Source: Antedon mediterranea
Lineage: Eukaryota > Animalia > Echinodermata
Direction: 5' to 3'
NCBI RefSeq assembly: GCF_964355755.1
Contig: NC_092677.1
Location: forward strand, 18,622,101-18,686,100
Length of the DNA stretch: 64,000 bases
The translations under genes and the position numbers were made by a program. Under the pieces are notes generated by a model. That model was not told the origin of the DNA, searched no databases, and was given only the letters and a program-made list of their open reading frames with translations. Shown piece after piece: positions 38,660-48,300 of this stretch (position 1 is its first letter; each line of letters begins with the position of its first letter).

Positions 38660-38802
38660 AAAACATTAATCTTTATGTACTATAATGAGGAAAGGAATTG
38701 AATAAAAAAGAAATAAATAAAATAAACTCGAATTTGTTGTTGTAGTCGCTCGATAAATAAAACGTCCAAAACATATCCATTTTAAAAAACAATTTTTATT
38801 TA

Positions 38803-39327
38803 CTACGCATTCAATAACATTTTGACAAATTGTACTTTAATATATTCACTATCGTATACGGGTAAGTTAACATCGTATCGACGTTTTACAAAATCATTGA
38901 CGAACCAATCATTGGATGGTTTATCTTTACCAAACATATTTACTATCGTGGACGTATCCACTCTTCTACATTTATGAAGAATATAAAAAATACAATACTG
39001 TCCGCATACCGTAGACAAGGGCGCTTGTAACGCTTTATCGTTAAATGTCCAACTTTCTACAGAGTTATCGAGAAAATTAACAAAATGATTACTATAGTAA
39101 TTTGGGGGGTTCCCAAAAGAATCGAAAAATTCACCTTTGTTTAAGTTGTTAAAAAAGAAAGCTACCCAATGCGAACCGTTTTGATTGCTAGGCTCAACGT
39201 TTGCTATGTAAGCTCTAGGATATCCCGTATGCCCTAAAGGTAACAAGTCAGACGGGTACACCCCTCGAAAGTATCCACTAGCCAACGGATCTGATTTAAT
39301 TAACCTCAATAGTTGTATCGTGTTCAT
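38803..39327 (-). CDS. Adenain-like cysteine (maturation) protease
   Basis: GSHWVA, FFDSFG and QAPLSTVCGQYC catalytic motifs. Confidence 0.93.
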   Translation of the reverse strand: MNTIQLLRLIKSDPLASGYFRGVYPSDLLPLGHTGYPRAYIANVEPSNQNGSHWVAFFFNNLNKGEFFDSFGNPPNYYSNHFVNFLDNSVESWTFNDKALQAPLSTVCGQYCIFYILHKCRRVDTSTIVNMFGKDKPSNDWFVNDFVKRRYDVNLPVYDSEYIKVQFVKMLLNA

Positions 39328-39329
39328 AA

Positions 39330-40652
39330 TTAAAAATCTATAATTACGTTACGAGACTTGTCAATTTCTATGATTGAATCAAATTCTGAATAAACTAAAA
39401 TGTTGATGGTCTCGGTCAAAGCCGTAGAAAACTGAATTTCTAAACGTATATTTCCTTGCCGAATTAGATTAAAATGTCCGGCATTTGCCAAATCGGGAGT
39501 CAGGTCAAAAGCAAACAACGAATAGCCTTTAGGATAATCGTCTCTAGAAATCTGATTTCCGGTATCCTGGAACAACGTGTTAGAACCCGAAAATAGACTC
39601 TGATACGCCAGCATGTAGTTGCCTCCGTCTTCGAACTTTGGTTTTAACGGTTTCCACGGTACTTGCTCACCGTCAATATATAGAGCCAGGAAATTGGTGT
39701 TGAAATGTTGAAAATTGTAGGGGTTCTTCTCGTAGCTACCGTTGAATGCTTCGGTGGTCACCAGTCCTACAACCAGACGTTTCGGTAGATTACCGTTGTA
39801 CAGCGATTCCCTCGTAAACGATAGATTCCCGCGCGGTATAGTTAATGTCTTGACCTCAACGCGACGCAGCGGGTATTTGACCGGACCGCGTTCCAGAGCT
39901 TTTGCGTGGGCTAGCGCGATAGACGGGTTCAGGCGGACCTTGCGAACAAACAAGGACGCGTCTTCCAGGCGGATCTTAAAACCGGCCGCGGCATCTGAAG
40001 ACATGAGACTAAATGCGTTTTTACTTCGATGCAGTTTAATTTTGACATCTACACCGTTGAGCATCATTCGATCTTGGAAAAATATATCGCAATGAATAGG
40101 TCCAATCAAGTCGACAAAACGACTACCGCCAATGTATTGAGCCCGTTTTTTAAGACCTTTATTCACCGCATTTTCGGCTAGCGTAGGGTCAGCTACATCC
40201 ATTTTACCGGCCGTGTCTTTATGAAACAACCCACCCGTGAGGTGTGTATTCTTGGCATCGGATCCATAAGTCAGTAATGTTTCAATTAATGCCCTATACG
40301 AATAAGTATTTGTCGAAGGGGTAATCAATCTCTCGTTCAAAGAAACGTCAACTTCGCTAAACAATGATTGCAAAAGTAAATTGGCAGGGCCTACCGGATC
40401 GGCGGGCTGGAGATCGGTTCCGCCTTGTTTAGTAATTTTTAGTTTAACATTAAGCATCGTCTGCGACAAATCCATGTATTCCTCGCTGGACCCTTGTATG
40501 TTGAATTGCAAGGGGCCCACGTCGGTGATGCTGTTGAAAGGGTGATATTGCACCCATTGTCCTTTGGTTATACTAGTCTGTGTCGGCGGTACAGAAAACA
40601 AGTCCAATTCCGATTTTAAACACTCGCACGAGTGATTGTGTACAAAAGCCAT
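39330..40652 (-). CDS. Major capsid protein (double jelly-roll, hexon-like)
   Basis: 440 aa; KSELDLFSVPPTQ, SLFS.V.V.LN, NPYNFQH, GY.LFAFDLTPD, typical of Polinton MCP. Confidence 0.92.
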   Translation of the reverse strand: MAFVHNHSCECLKSELDLFSVPPTQTSITKGQWVQYHPFNSITDVGPLQFNIQGSSEEYMDLSQTMLNVKLKITKQGGTDLQPADPVGPANLLLQSLFSEVDVSLNERLITPSTNTYSYRALIETLLTYGSDAKNTHLTGGLFHKDTAGKMDVADPTLAENAVNKGLKKRAQYIGGSRFVDLIGPIHCDIFFQDRMMLNGVDVKIKLHRSKNAFSLMSSDAAAGFKIRLEDASLFVRKVRLNPSIALAHAKALERGPVKYPLRRVEVKTLTIPRGNLSFTRESLYNGNLPKRLVVGLVTTEAFNGSYEKNPYNFQHFNTNFLALYIDGEQVPWKPLKPKFEDGGNYMLAYQSLFSGSNTLFQDTGNQISRDDYPKGYSLFAFDLTPDLANAGHFNLIRQGNIRLEIQFSTALTETINILVYSEFDSIIEIDKSRNVIIDF

Positions 40653-40655
40653 TTT

Positions 40656-41042
40656 TTAGATATCGAATATATCGGAGGATCTTCTTACTCTCTTTGCGTT
40701 CGATCGACTGATGCCTTTACGCTTACGTTTTCTCTTTTTATTCACCCTACCGTTACCATTTTGGGAAACGATACGTTGACCCGCCTGAGTAAATCTGCGT
40801 TTTGCAGCTTGTTTAACGTTTTTACCGCTCAGAACATCTCCCACTAATTCGCCACCCGTGCGCAATGCTTGTTTTCCGAGAGCCTTTGCACCTTTCTTTA
40901 GCAGCGGTACAGCCTGTTTAAAGAGACCGGACAAGATACCTCCCAACCCGAACCCTCTTTGATTGTACGACCCTTGGAACACCGGTATGTCGATACCTCC
41001 AGCCTGTCTGACGTAGTAATCTTCGTAATCATCTGCCCCCAT
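40656..41042 (-). CDS. Small basic core/membrane-active protein with amphipathic helix
   Basis: YY.RQAGG, QRGFG|LGGILSGLFKQAVPLLKKGAKALGKQAL, basic C-terminus ending DIF. Confidence 0.8.
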   Translation of the reverse strand: MGADDYEDYYVRQAGGIDIPVFQGSYNQRGFGLGGILSGLFKQAVPLLKKGAKALGKQALRTGGELVGDVLSGKNVKQAAKRRFTQAGQRIVSQNGNGRVNKKRKRKRKGISRSNAKRVRRSSDIFDI

Positions 41043-41067
41043 CTTTATTTATTTGTTGTTGTTTTTT

Positions 41068-41844
41068 TTAAACGAGGTACGACGATCTGGCCTGTCTGAA
41101 ATGTAGTTTAGCGAGAACCCTTCCTCGTTGAAATGATACCTTTTCTCCCGTGTCGTTTCTTATATCTATAAGGATGGTATCGATATCTTTTTTCACCACC
41201 CTTTTGTATTGAGGACTAGCAAACGTATGTCCGACATTTTTCTTCATGTTTGATTCTCTGGTTTGTAGCGCTTTCAAAATAGGGACGCTCGCGTCTCCAA
41301 CTCGTTGAGATTCGATTATATCGGTGTACAAAAACAACGTCGGCACTCTGTGATGAATGTACGCGGGTCTAGAACCGTGTGTAATAGATCCTCGGGGAAT
41401 CGATGATTCGTCCATACCGAGTAATATGGGTAATCCATTTAATAGCGTAACTGATGCTTCTTTGGCGGTTTCCACGTTAATCACTTCTTTAATTGAGCTG
41501 AACCGAAATCTCACTTTGGACTGTAACGACTTTGAAACCAAAACCTCGTTAAGAGCATCAATCACTTTACCTCCGGTTGAATAAAACCCTGGGGCTATAG
41601 CTATTTCGATCGACGAGTCTTCTTCTTCTAATTCGTTATCTCTTATATTCACCAGCAATTTATTGTTGGTATCGTCGACGTTATACCACGTGTGGGGATA
41701 ATAAATTTCACTTAAACCAACCTCCCATTCACCGTACAAATGAATAGGCTCCGCCAGCTTGGTCGTGTATCTCGTAAGAGTATTTTCGGGAAAACAGTTC
41801 ATGGAACTGTTGCTAGGTAAGAGGACGTAAAACTGAGCCGTCAT
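41068..41844 (-). CDS. Minor capsid protein (penton, single jelly-roll)
   Basis: FYVLLPSNSS...FPENT, WEVGLSEI.YP, LFLYTDII, LHFR. Confidence 0.88.
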   Translation of the reverse strand: MTAQFYVLLPSNSSMNCFPENTLTRYTTKLAEPIHLYGEWEVGLSEIYYPHTWYNVDDTNNKLLVNIRDNELEEEDSSIEIAIAPGFYSTGGKVIDALNEVLVSKSLQSKVRFRFSSIKEVINVETAKEASVTLLNGLPILLGMDESSIPRGSITHGSRPAYIHHRVPTLFLYTDIIESQRVGDASVPILKALQTRESNMKKNVGHTFASPQYKRVVKKDIDTILIDIRNDTGEKVSFQRGRVLAKLHFRQARSSYLV

Positions 41845-41849
41845 GATGT

Positions 41850-42908
41850 TTACCGGGCAATATTCTGAACCCAACTGTTGAACTTGGCCGGATAACCTAA
41901 CCACTTAACGAAATATTCCGTTTTCCCTCCTCGTTTTCTTTTCTTTATTACTTCTTCCACGCGATACGTATCCTTGTCGCTTTTGGATACTTTTTGCAAT
42001 TCCTTTTCGTAAAAAGTACCTTCTATGATTTCGCCGTCCCAATCCTCCAGTTTATATGTGGGAACGGTCGAACCGGTACGCTTACGTATCCTAAATATCT
42101 CCTCCGTCCAGTTTGCCAGGTAACCTTTCTCGAAAGGCATTTTGTATCTACTTATTCGTACTTTATTACCCTCTTTGAACTTGGGCCGAACTTGTTTCTT
42201 TTGCTTCATTTTATACAGATTTTCCCAAACTTCATGTTCGTTATCTTTTGTAACCTGTGAGGGCGCCATACCGATTGATCTGTGTTTAGAATTATTGTAA
42301 CTCGATACCAATTTTGGAAGTACGTCTATATATTTTCGCGTAGCTTTTGATGTAAAGTATCTCCACATCCTAGTTTTCAACGATCTATTGAATCTTTCCA
42401 CGACGCTAGCTTTTGTTTCGTTATTGGTAGTGAAAAAATGTATATTCAACGATTTTAGGAGCGCTTGAACTTTACGATTAGTAAACTCTGTACCTTTATC
42501 AGTGTGAATTTTTAATGGCTTTCTTTTTCCAGATAATAGTTTTTTCATAGCAGTAAGCATAGAATCGGTAGATTTATTCTTTATAGGTAAAACCCATGCA
42601 TATTTACTAAGTACGTCTATACACGTAATAAGAAACGTGTTTTGTTTATTATACTTTTTTAAAGAAGACAAATCAACGAGATCCAATTCCCACTGCTCGT
42701 CAATAGCTGTAACAAACACCCTGTTTCTCTGAAAACGTCTTTGAATAGGTTTATGAAGAGTGTACGTATCTTGTTTTTCTAACCAGTCTTGAACGTCAGT
42801 CTTTGAAATATTAGAGTCATTTTTCACGTTTGTATAAAGTCGATCGACACCCCCGAAACTACCAGGGTTTTTTGGGTCGTAGTACGTAGAACTTAATAGT
42901 CTGTCCAT
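41850..42908 (-). CDS. Retroviral-like (DDE) integrase with C-terminal chromodomain
   Basis: W.LDLVD, IDVLSKYAW, TDKGTEF, VERFNRSLK, YN...H.SI; chromodomain YRVE.V.....EYFVKWLGYP..FNSW. Confidence 0.94.
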   Translation of the reverse strand: MDRLLSSTYYDPKNPGSFGGVDRLYTNVKNDSNISKTDVQDWLEKQDTYTLHKPIQRRFQRNRVFVTAIDEQWELDLVDLSSLKKYNKQNTFLITCIDVLSKYAWVLPIKNKSTDSMLTAMKKLLSGKRKPLKIHTDKGTEFTNRKVQALLKSLNIHFFTTNNETKASVVERFNRSLKTRMWRYFTSKATRKYIDVLPKLVSSYNNSKHRSIGMAPSQVTKDNEHEVWENLYKMKQKKQVRPKFKEGNKVRISRYKMPFEKGYLANWTEEIFRIRKRTGSTVPTYKLEDWDGEIIEGTFYEKELQKVSKSDKDTYRVEEVIKKRKRGGKTEYFVKWLGYPAKFNSWVQNIAR

Positions 42909-43195
42909 AACTCTCTCACTCGTTGAAATGAAACACTCACACATAAAACATTACTTTTAAAAAAAGAACAACAACATTTTTTTTTTTGTAAATTATCAAA
43001 CAATATTTTTTATTAACACACCGCACGAATCAAATATAGTACAATTGGAAATATAGTTTACATACATTTGGTTTACTAATACTTTTAAAAATAATTGCAA
43101 GTAATTAGAATAATCGTGAAAATAAAAGAATACAAATAAATTGTAAATGACGTCGGTAAACAAATAATTTGATTTATAGTTCATTGTTAAGAAAG

Positions 43196-44011
43196 TTATT
43201 TCAACATTGATGTAGGCCTGCGTCCTCCGTTATCGTTTTCGTCAACACCACCGTCGACGGTAACTGCATTATCAACCTCTTCAATCATCTTTTGTATTTC
43301 GCCGTGTTGTTCGATCAACTTGTACCATTGTTTCTTTGGAAGGTTTATACCTTTTTTGCCGGGCTTAAACTCGCCTCCTTCTTCGGCCTGGTAACAACGG
43401 CGAATACATACAAACTGCTCTTCTTTCCAGTTACTAACTATCACATGTATTATAGGTGTGTCCGAAAGAGGGATTCTTACTGCCTCCACCAAGTTAATGT
43501 CTCTTTGCAAATCGTCTAGGGCTTGAAGAATTAAATCAATATTGGTAAAAAGTTTTTGCCACAACAGAACGGGTAAATTAATACCTACAGGCCCAGGTTT
43601 GAAGGCACCATTTTCTTCCGTTTGATAAAATTCTCTGAGGCAAACATAAACAACTTCACCCCAGCGCTGGGCCACTACATGGCGTTTTTCAGACAGAAAA
43701 ATCCTGTTTGTTGAGGTTATTGTAATCTTTGGTTCAGCACCGGTCATTTCGGCATAATCCTTGGCGCTCATTCCTGAGGCAGAGTGAAATGTTTTTTTAC
43801 TTGTTGACGGCTTCGTTGCTTTACTCAAATCGTTAGATTGACCGTTGAAAAATTTTCTAGGATCCAATAATTTCGAGGAGTTAGAAGTCATCGTTGGTAC
43901 TTTAAAACTGCTTAACTCGTCAGATTTAGAGCTTCCCATAACTCTTTTCATAGTCCTACGAGCCTTCTCACCAATTGCTAATTTTGGAGCAGGTACGTTT
44001 TTGAAACTCAT
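43196..44011 (-). CDS. Protein with two tandem PC4/Sub1-like ssDNA-binding domains
   Basis: V.....W....YVCLREFY......FKPG..GINL...W and V.VSNWK...FVCIRR.Y......FKPGKKGINL..QW match the PC4 core (IREY....KPG.KGISL..EQW). Confidence 0.82.
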   Translation of the reverse strand: MSFKNVPAPKLAIGEKARRTMKRVMGSSKSDELSSFKVPTMTSNSSKLLDPRKFFNGQSNDLSKATKPSTSKKTFHSASGMSAKDYAEMTGAEPKITITSTNRIFLSEKRHVVAQRWGEVVYVCLREFYQTEENGAFKPGPVGINLPVLLWQKLFTNIDLILQALDDLQRDINLVEAVRIPLSDTPIIHVIVSNWKEEQFVCIRRCYQAEEGGEFKPGKKGINLPKKQWYKLIEQHGEIQKMIEEVDNAVTVDGGVDENDNGGRRPTSMLK

Positions 44012-44267
44012 GTTGAGCGATTGTATGTAGAGTGATGTACAGAGAGAGTAAAACGAATGATGGTTGATAGTTCTGAATGATTTCGTTTGAATCAGCTCCG
44101 ATATATATACAGTTGAGTACGGAAGTACCTTTTTAAAAGTAATTAGCCTAAAGCGTTGTTAATTGTTTTTCCTATCAATTGTCTCCCTACAACACGTGCG
44201 GCTTAAAGCATTGTTAACTGTTTGTTTTCCGGTCAATCGTTTTTCCGTGGCACGTGCGAAACACGTT

Positions 44268-44819
44268 TTAGATATCCTCACACAATAACTTATACAGGTT
44301 CTCTGAATTAGTCAAGGTATTTACGAGAAAGTAAACAAAATGTCTATACCGTGGTAATGAATATTCCTCGTACTTATTCAGCTCGCTGTACACGGTATCG
44401 TCTGTAACATACTCTTTATCCAGAACCTCCCGATAAAAATAATCAATCTGTTCTTCTGGAGATTTCATTAAACAGAAGTCATGATCTTTTTGACCAGGCC
44501 TATCAAATTCGCAACCATAACAAGCCGCTTTACTTAACATCCAACACATGTTTAACATTTGAGAAACAAACACTTCTCTGGTTAAATATTCCAATTTCAA
44601 TAAAAATTCTCTCTCCACCTCATCTACGTACGTAAATATACAACTTGTAGCCCGGCTACCCCTCTCATCTCCTTCATCAACACCGGCGGGTACACCCTCA
44701 TTGGTCCGCATGTACCGATCACCGATATCGTTACCTGTAACAACAGTCTCCTCATCATCGCTAATAATTATAACTGTATCTACACAGCTACCTAACGAAA
44801 AATCTATACTTCCAGACAT
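44268..44819 (-). CDS. Polinton accessory protein of unknown function with CxxC...H..C motif
   Basis: 183-aa intact ORF; CYGCEFDRPGQKDHDFC; acidic N-terminus with VIIISDDEE. Confidence 0.7.
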   Translation of the reverse strand: MSGSIDFSLGSCVDTVIIISDDEETVVTGNDIGDRYMRTNEGVPAGVDEGDERGSRATSCIFTYVDEVEREFLLKLEYLTREVFVSQMLNMCWMLSKAACYGCEFDRPGQKDHDFCLMKSPEEQIDYFYREVLDKEYVTDDTVYSELNKYEEYSLPRYRHFVYFLVNTLTNSENLYKLLCEDI

Positions 44820-45074
44820 AGCGAAATACTGTAACTCTACGATAAAATAGACGAAACAACTGGAAAGGTCACAAAAAGCAGTCCCTCTTCTTACAATGTC
44901 TAAAAAGAAACGGCTCTAAAATATAAAAAACAAAACTATTGTACCAAACAAAAAGAACAATGAACAAAAGAAATTAGGAAATACTAAACAAAGGTGACCT
45001 ATGCAATGGTCAAACCGCCTAAAAATAACAATAGCAATCCTCAAACAAAGAACTACCTTCACTAATATATTTTA

Positions 45075-45383
45075 ACCCAGGCCAAAACGAAAACCCCGCC
45101 AAAATAACAAACCCCCTTCTCTAACAAAGAATGACCTTTCGCTAATTAATATTACAATAACAGGAAATTAAACAATAGAAAATATAATACCCTAGGGATA
45201 TGATATTCCATTCGGGTCTGGTACAAAGAGTGACCTTTCACTAATTATTATTACAATACCTGGAAATTAAACAATAGAAATATGAAATATTCCCTGGGGG
45301 TATGACCTTCTATTCGGGTCTGGAATACTCCTGCCCTGGGGGTATGACCTTTCATTCGGGTCTGTATTCCCTTATATACTACT
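45075..45383 (-). repeat. Right terminal inverted repeat of the Polinton
   Basis: Reverse complement matches the left TIR subunits; ends ACTACT. Confidence 0.88.
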
Positions 45384-48300
45384 TACGTATCGTTTTTATA
45401 TACACATTCCCTTCCCCTAAACACAATTTATTGGTCCGTGTCTGTACCCTCTGACTTGCATAATTCCATTTGAGAAATTGCGTGTCAGACATTTCCTTAT
45501 TGACAGTGGGCGAGCAATGAACTGTACTATTTGAAGATGGTTTCATAGAAGTCCTAGTTGTCTTTTCAAAGTCAAAATGTGTGAAATATAAGCATTATGT
45601 ATTGCTGTACATGCATGACAGAAGAAACAAATTAGGTTAGGATAAAAGTACATGCCGGAAGAAATTATTTCAAACAACAAACAAAGTTCATAAGCTTTTT
45701 ACATGTTATTTCCTGTTCAAACAGCACTACAGATTACTGTCGATATCTGGTATCTTACAAAAATAGAACACATCTTAATTTGGGGTTTGTTTATGATCAA
45801 TGCGTCTGAGGTATAAAGTCATTAATGATTTTTATTGTGATATTTGGACTTCTGAATAATCTTGTCAATTCACAAAGTGAGTATGTTATCTAATTAGACT
45901 CGTATCTTAATTAATCTTAATTATTTTACAATAAATCTGAAAAACATGAGACATTGGGTCAGTAAAGTTCAGATTTGAGGGATCGATAGTATTTATGTTT
46001 AGAGAGCTGCTGGTACAGTGCCCCTCTACCTTTAGATCCGCAAGGGAAGTTAAAGAATATAATATGCATTTCCAATGCCTGTCAAATATCAGAAACCTGA
46101 ACTTTTTCAATATTTTTTTTATTTGAATATGTTGTCTCGTTACCACTTTTTTGGAAGCTGTCTAATGTGTGTAATACATAATACTACTCAATAAGGTGTA
46201 GGCCTATGTGGTTGAATTGAAAACGAAACAACAGATGATGGGTGGGAGGCGACTAGTTCGCATTAAATATGATCATGAAGTAATAATAATTACTCCATGA
46301 TATGATAGGTGGAATCCACTCTTCCCTGATAGGCCGTAGTGTAAACACAGTTTATGATACCAATTTGACATTTTGGTGATCGTAGGATTATTAAAAGAAT
46401 GATGATGTAATGTACGGGTATGTTGAAAGTTATGCTATAAATAAATGAGTTTATGAGTTGTGATGGGTGGGTAGTGGGTAATGTTTGTGAGGTGTCTGAC
46501 ATGAGGATTTGTTAGAAGGCCATGTCACACATATGCCTGGAAGGGTTTATGATTAGTCTATCAGATGTGATTGGACTAAAATAAAGTAGGAATGAGGCAG
46601 AAATTTAGGCAATAATCATACATTGCTGCCTGTCAGGCTTATGTTGTTACAATTTTGTTATAATGTGTATGGGATCGATATATTGTTAGGTTTGCTATTA
46701 CTCTTTGCGTTACTGTATAAACTATATTTAGTGACTTGGATTTAATTCAGGTTTTAAAAAATATTAATAAAATGAATTAAGCTGAAATTATTGCATAAAT
46801 AAAAACAAATTAGTTAATTATTTGTAATTTAAATTATAAAGATAATTTAAATAATCCTCAAATTTACCTAAATAAAAGGAAGAATTGACATCTTTAAATA
46901 TTATTGCGTGGTTTCTTAATTAGTTTAATTAAAAATAAAATAAACATAGACTCGATTTATGTTTGTATTTTTTAATGACTTTAATTTATTATTCTTAGGC
47001 CCATGTGATACTGATCTGGTGCTTACAGAGTGGCAACGTAGTATTCTTTACGACACTCCGCCGTCTGAGTCTCCAATATCTGATGATTTTATAATAGATG
47101 GCTGGTACAAGCTGAGAAATGAGGGTGATAGAATAGATATCAGAATGCCAACTTCATCACCAGAAAGTTTTAAATGTGGAACTTTATTCCCAGTTTGGAT
47201 TGATGGTTGGTTAACTGTTTGTTATTATAGAAAATGAGTCCAATATAATATAAATCAATTATCATCATCGTCAATGACTCAAAAGCGTCATTTTTTAGAT
47301 AAACACTTTAAAAAGTTAGACCAACATACCACATGAAGCGAATGAATACACCCTGATCTATGTAATCAATTACAATTGAAATTACCTCCGAAACAGAAAC
47401 CTGACACAGAATTAGGTCAAGTAATGATTCAAATTTAAAAACGAATCTAGGCCTATTTTGAGTTGCACATTTGATGAATTTGGAGTATTAAAGCCTAAAA
47501 CTTATTGTCATTGTAAACTTTAAATAGTAGAAGTGTATGGCACTAGCATAGTTTATTACACCACGCCACGCCTTTAAAAATATATTTCCAAACTGCAGTA
47601 ATACAGATTTATTTATACAGTTTTATACCACACTAAACACAGGCGGTATAACATAGTATCTAGCCTACATGGCGTAGCTGTTATGGTTCTATGCCTTTAG
47701 ACAATATGTAGGCCTAGGATAAATGAAACCGTTGAGCAACCACTTGTATTGAATGCAGGCCTACAGTCACGGATTTACAATTTTAAATTATTGTATTATT
47801 GCGGGTATGTTTCAGCACCAACAACAACCGACAATACCGCAATCGGAAAAACACCCATTTTTGGGGCAAATAGTTTCACCTAAATTCGTTTTAATCGCCA
47901 ATAATGTATTATCTAAATAAACTTAATTAGTGTACTTGTTTTCAGTAGGTATTATAAATCAGTACCGAAAGTATGTGACATCCTTTGAGCGATTTACTAA
48001 AATTTGCCCAATGATCTATATGTTGTTCATTTGTTTACTGACACTCCTGGAACTTCAATGGGATATTGTACAGGTAAAAATAAAGTTATCAATAGTGTTC
48101 TTTCTGTTGCTGAGTCAATATAATTAATAAAAACTATCTACAATTTAGGAAAATAAAAAGTTCTGTAGGCGTAACGCACCCAATTATTATATATTATTAT
48201 GCATTTATTCATCGGTCCCGATGCTATAAATCCATGGAAACCTACGTATTAAAAAAAAGATTCGAGTCGATATAATAATAACAGCAACTATCTACTTTAG

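Larger units (their letters stand above)
29491..45383. mobile_element. Complete Polinton/Maverick (adintovirus-like endogenous DNA virus), 15.9 kb
   Basis: Starts AGTAGTATAT and ends ATATACTACT; 6-bp TSD TACGTA at 29485-29490 and 45384-45389; TIRs; full set of core ORFs without stops. Confidence 0.96.

Noticed and set aside
31860-43519. Short antisense or alternate-frame ORFs within Polinton genes (e.g. 33702-34115, 36262-36564, 39742-40095)
   Set aside because: Shadow ORFs of long coding regions, without motifs or promoter signals.
44268-44290. LxCxE Rb-binding motif in the accessory ORF
   Set aside because: The sequence is LLCED (LxCxD); no true LxCxE was noticed in the Polinton accessory ORFs.
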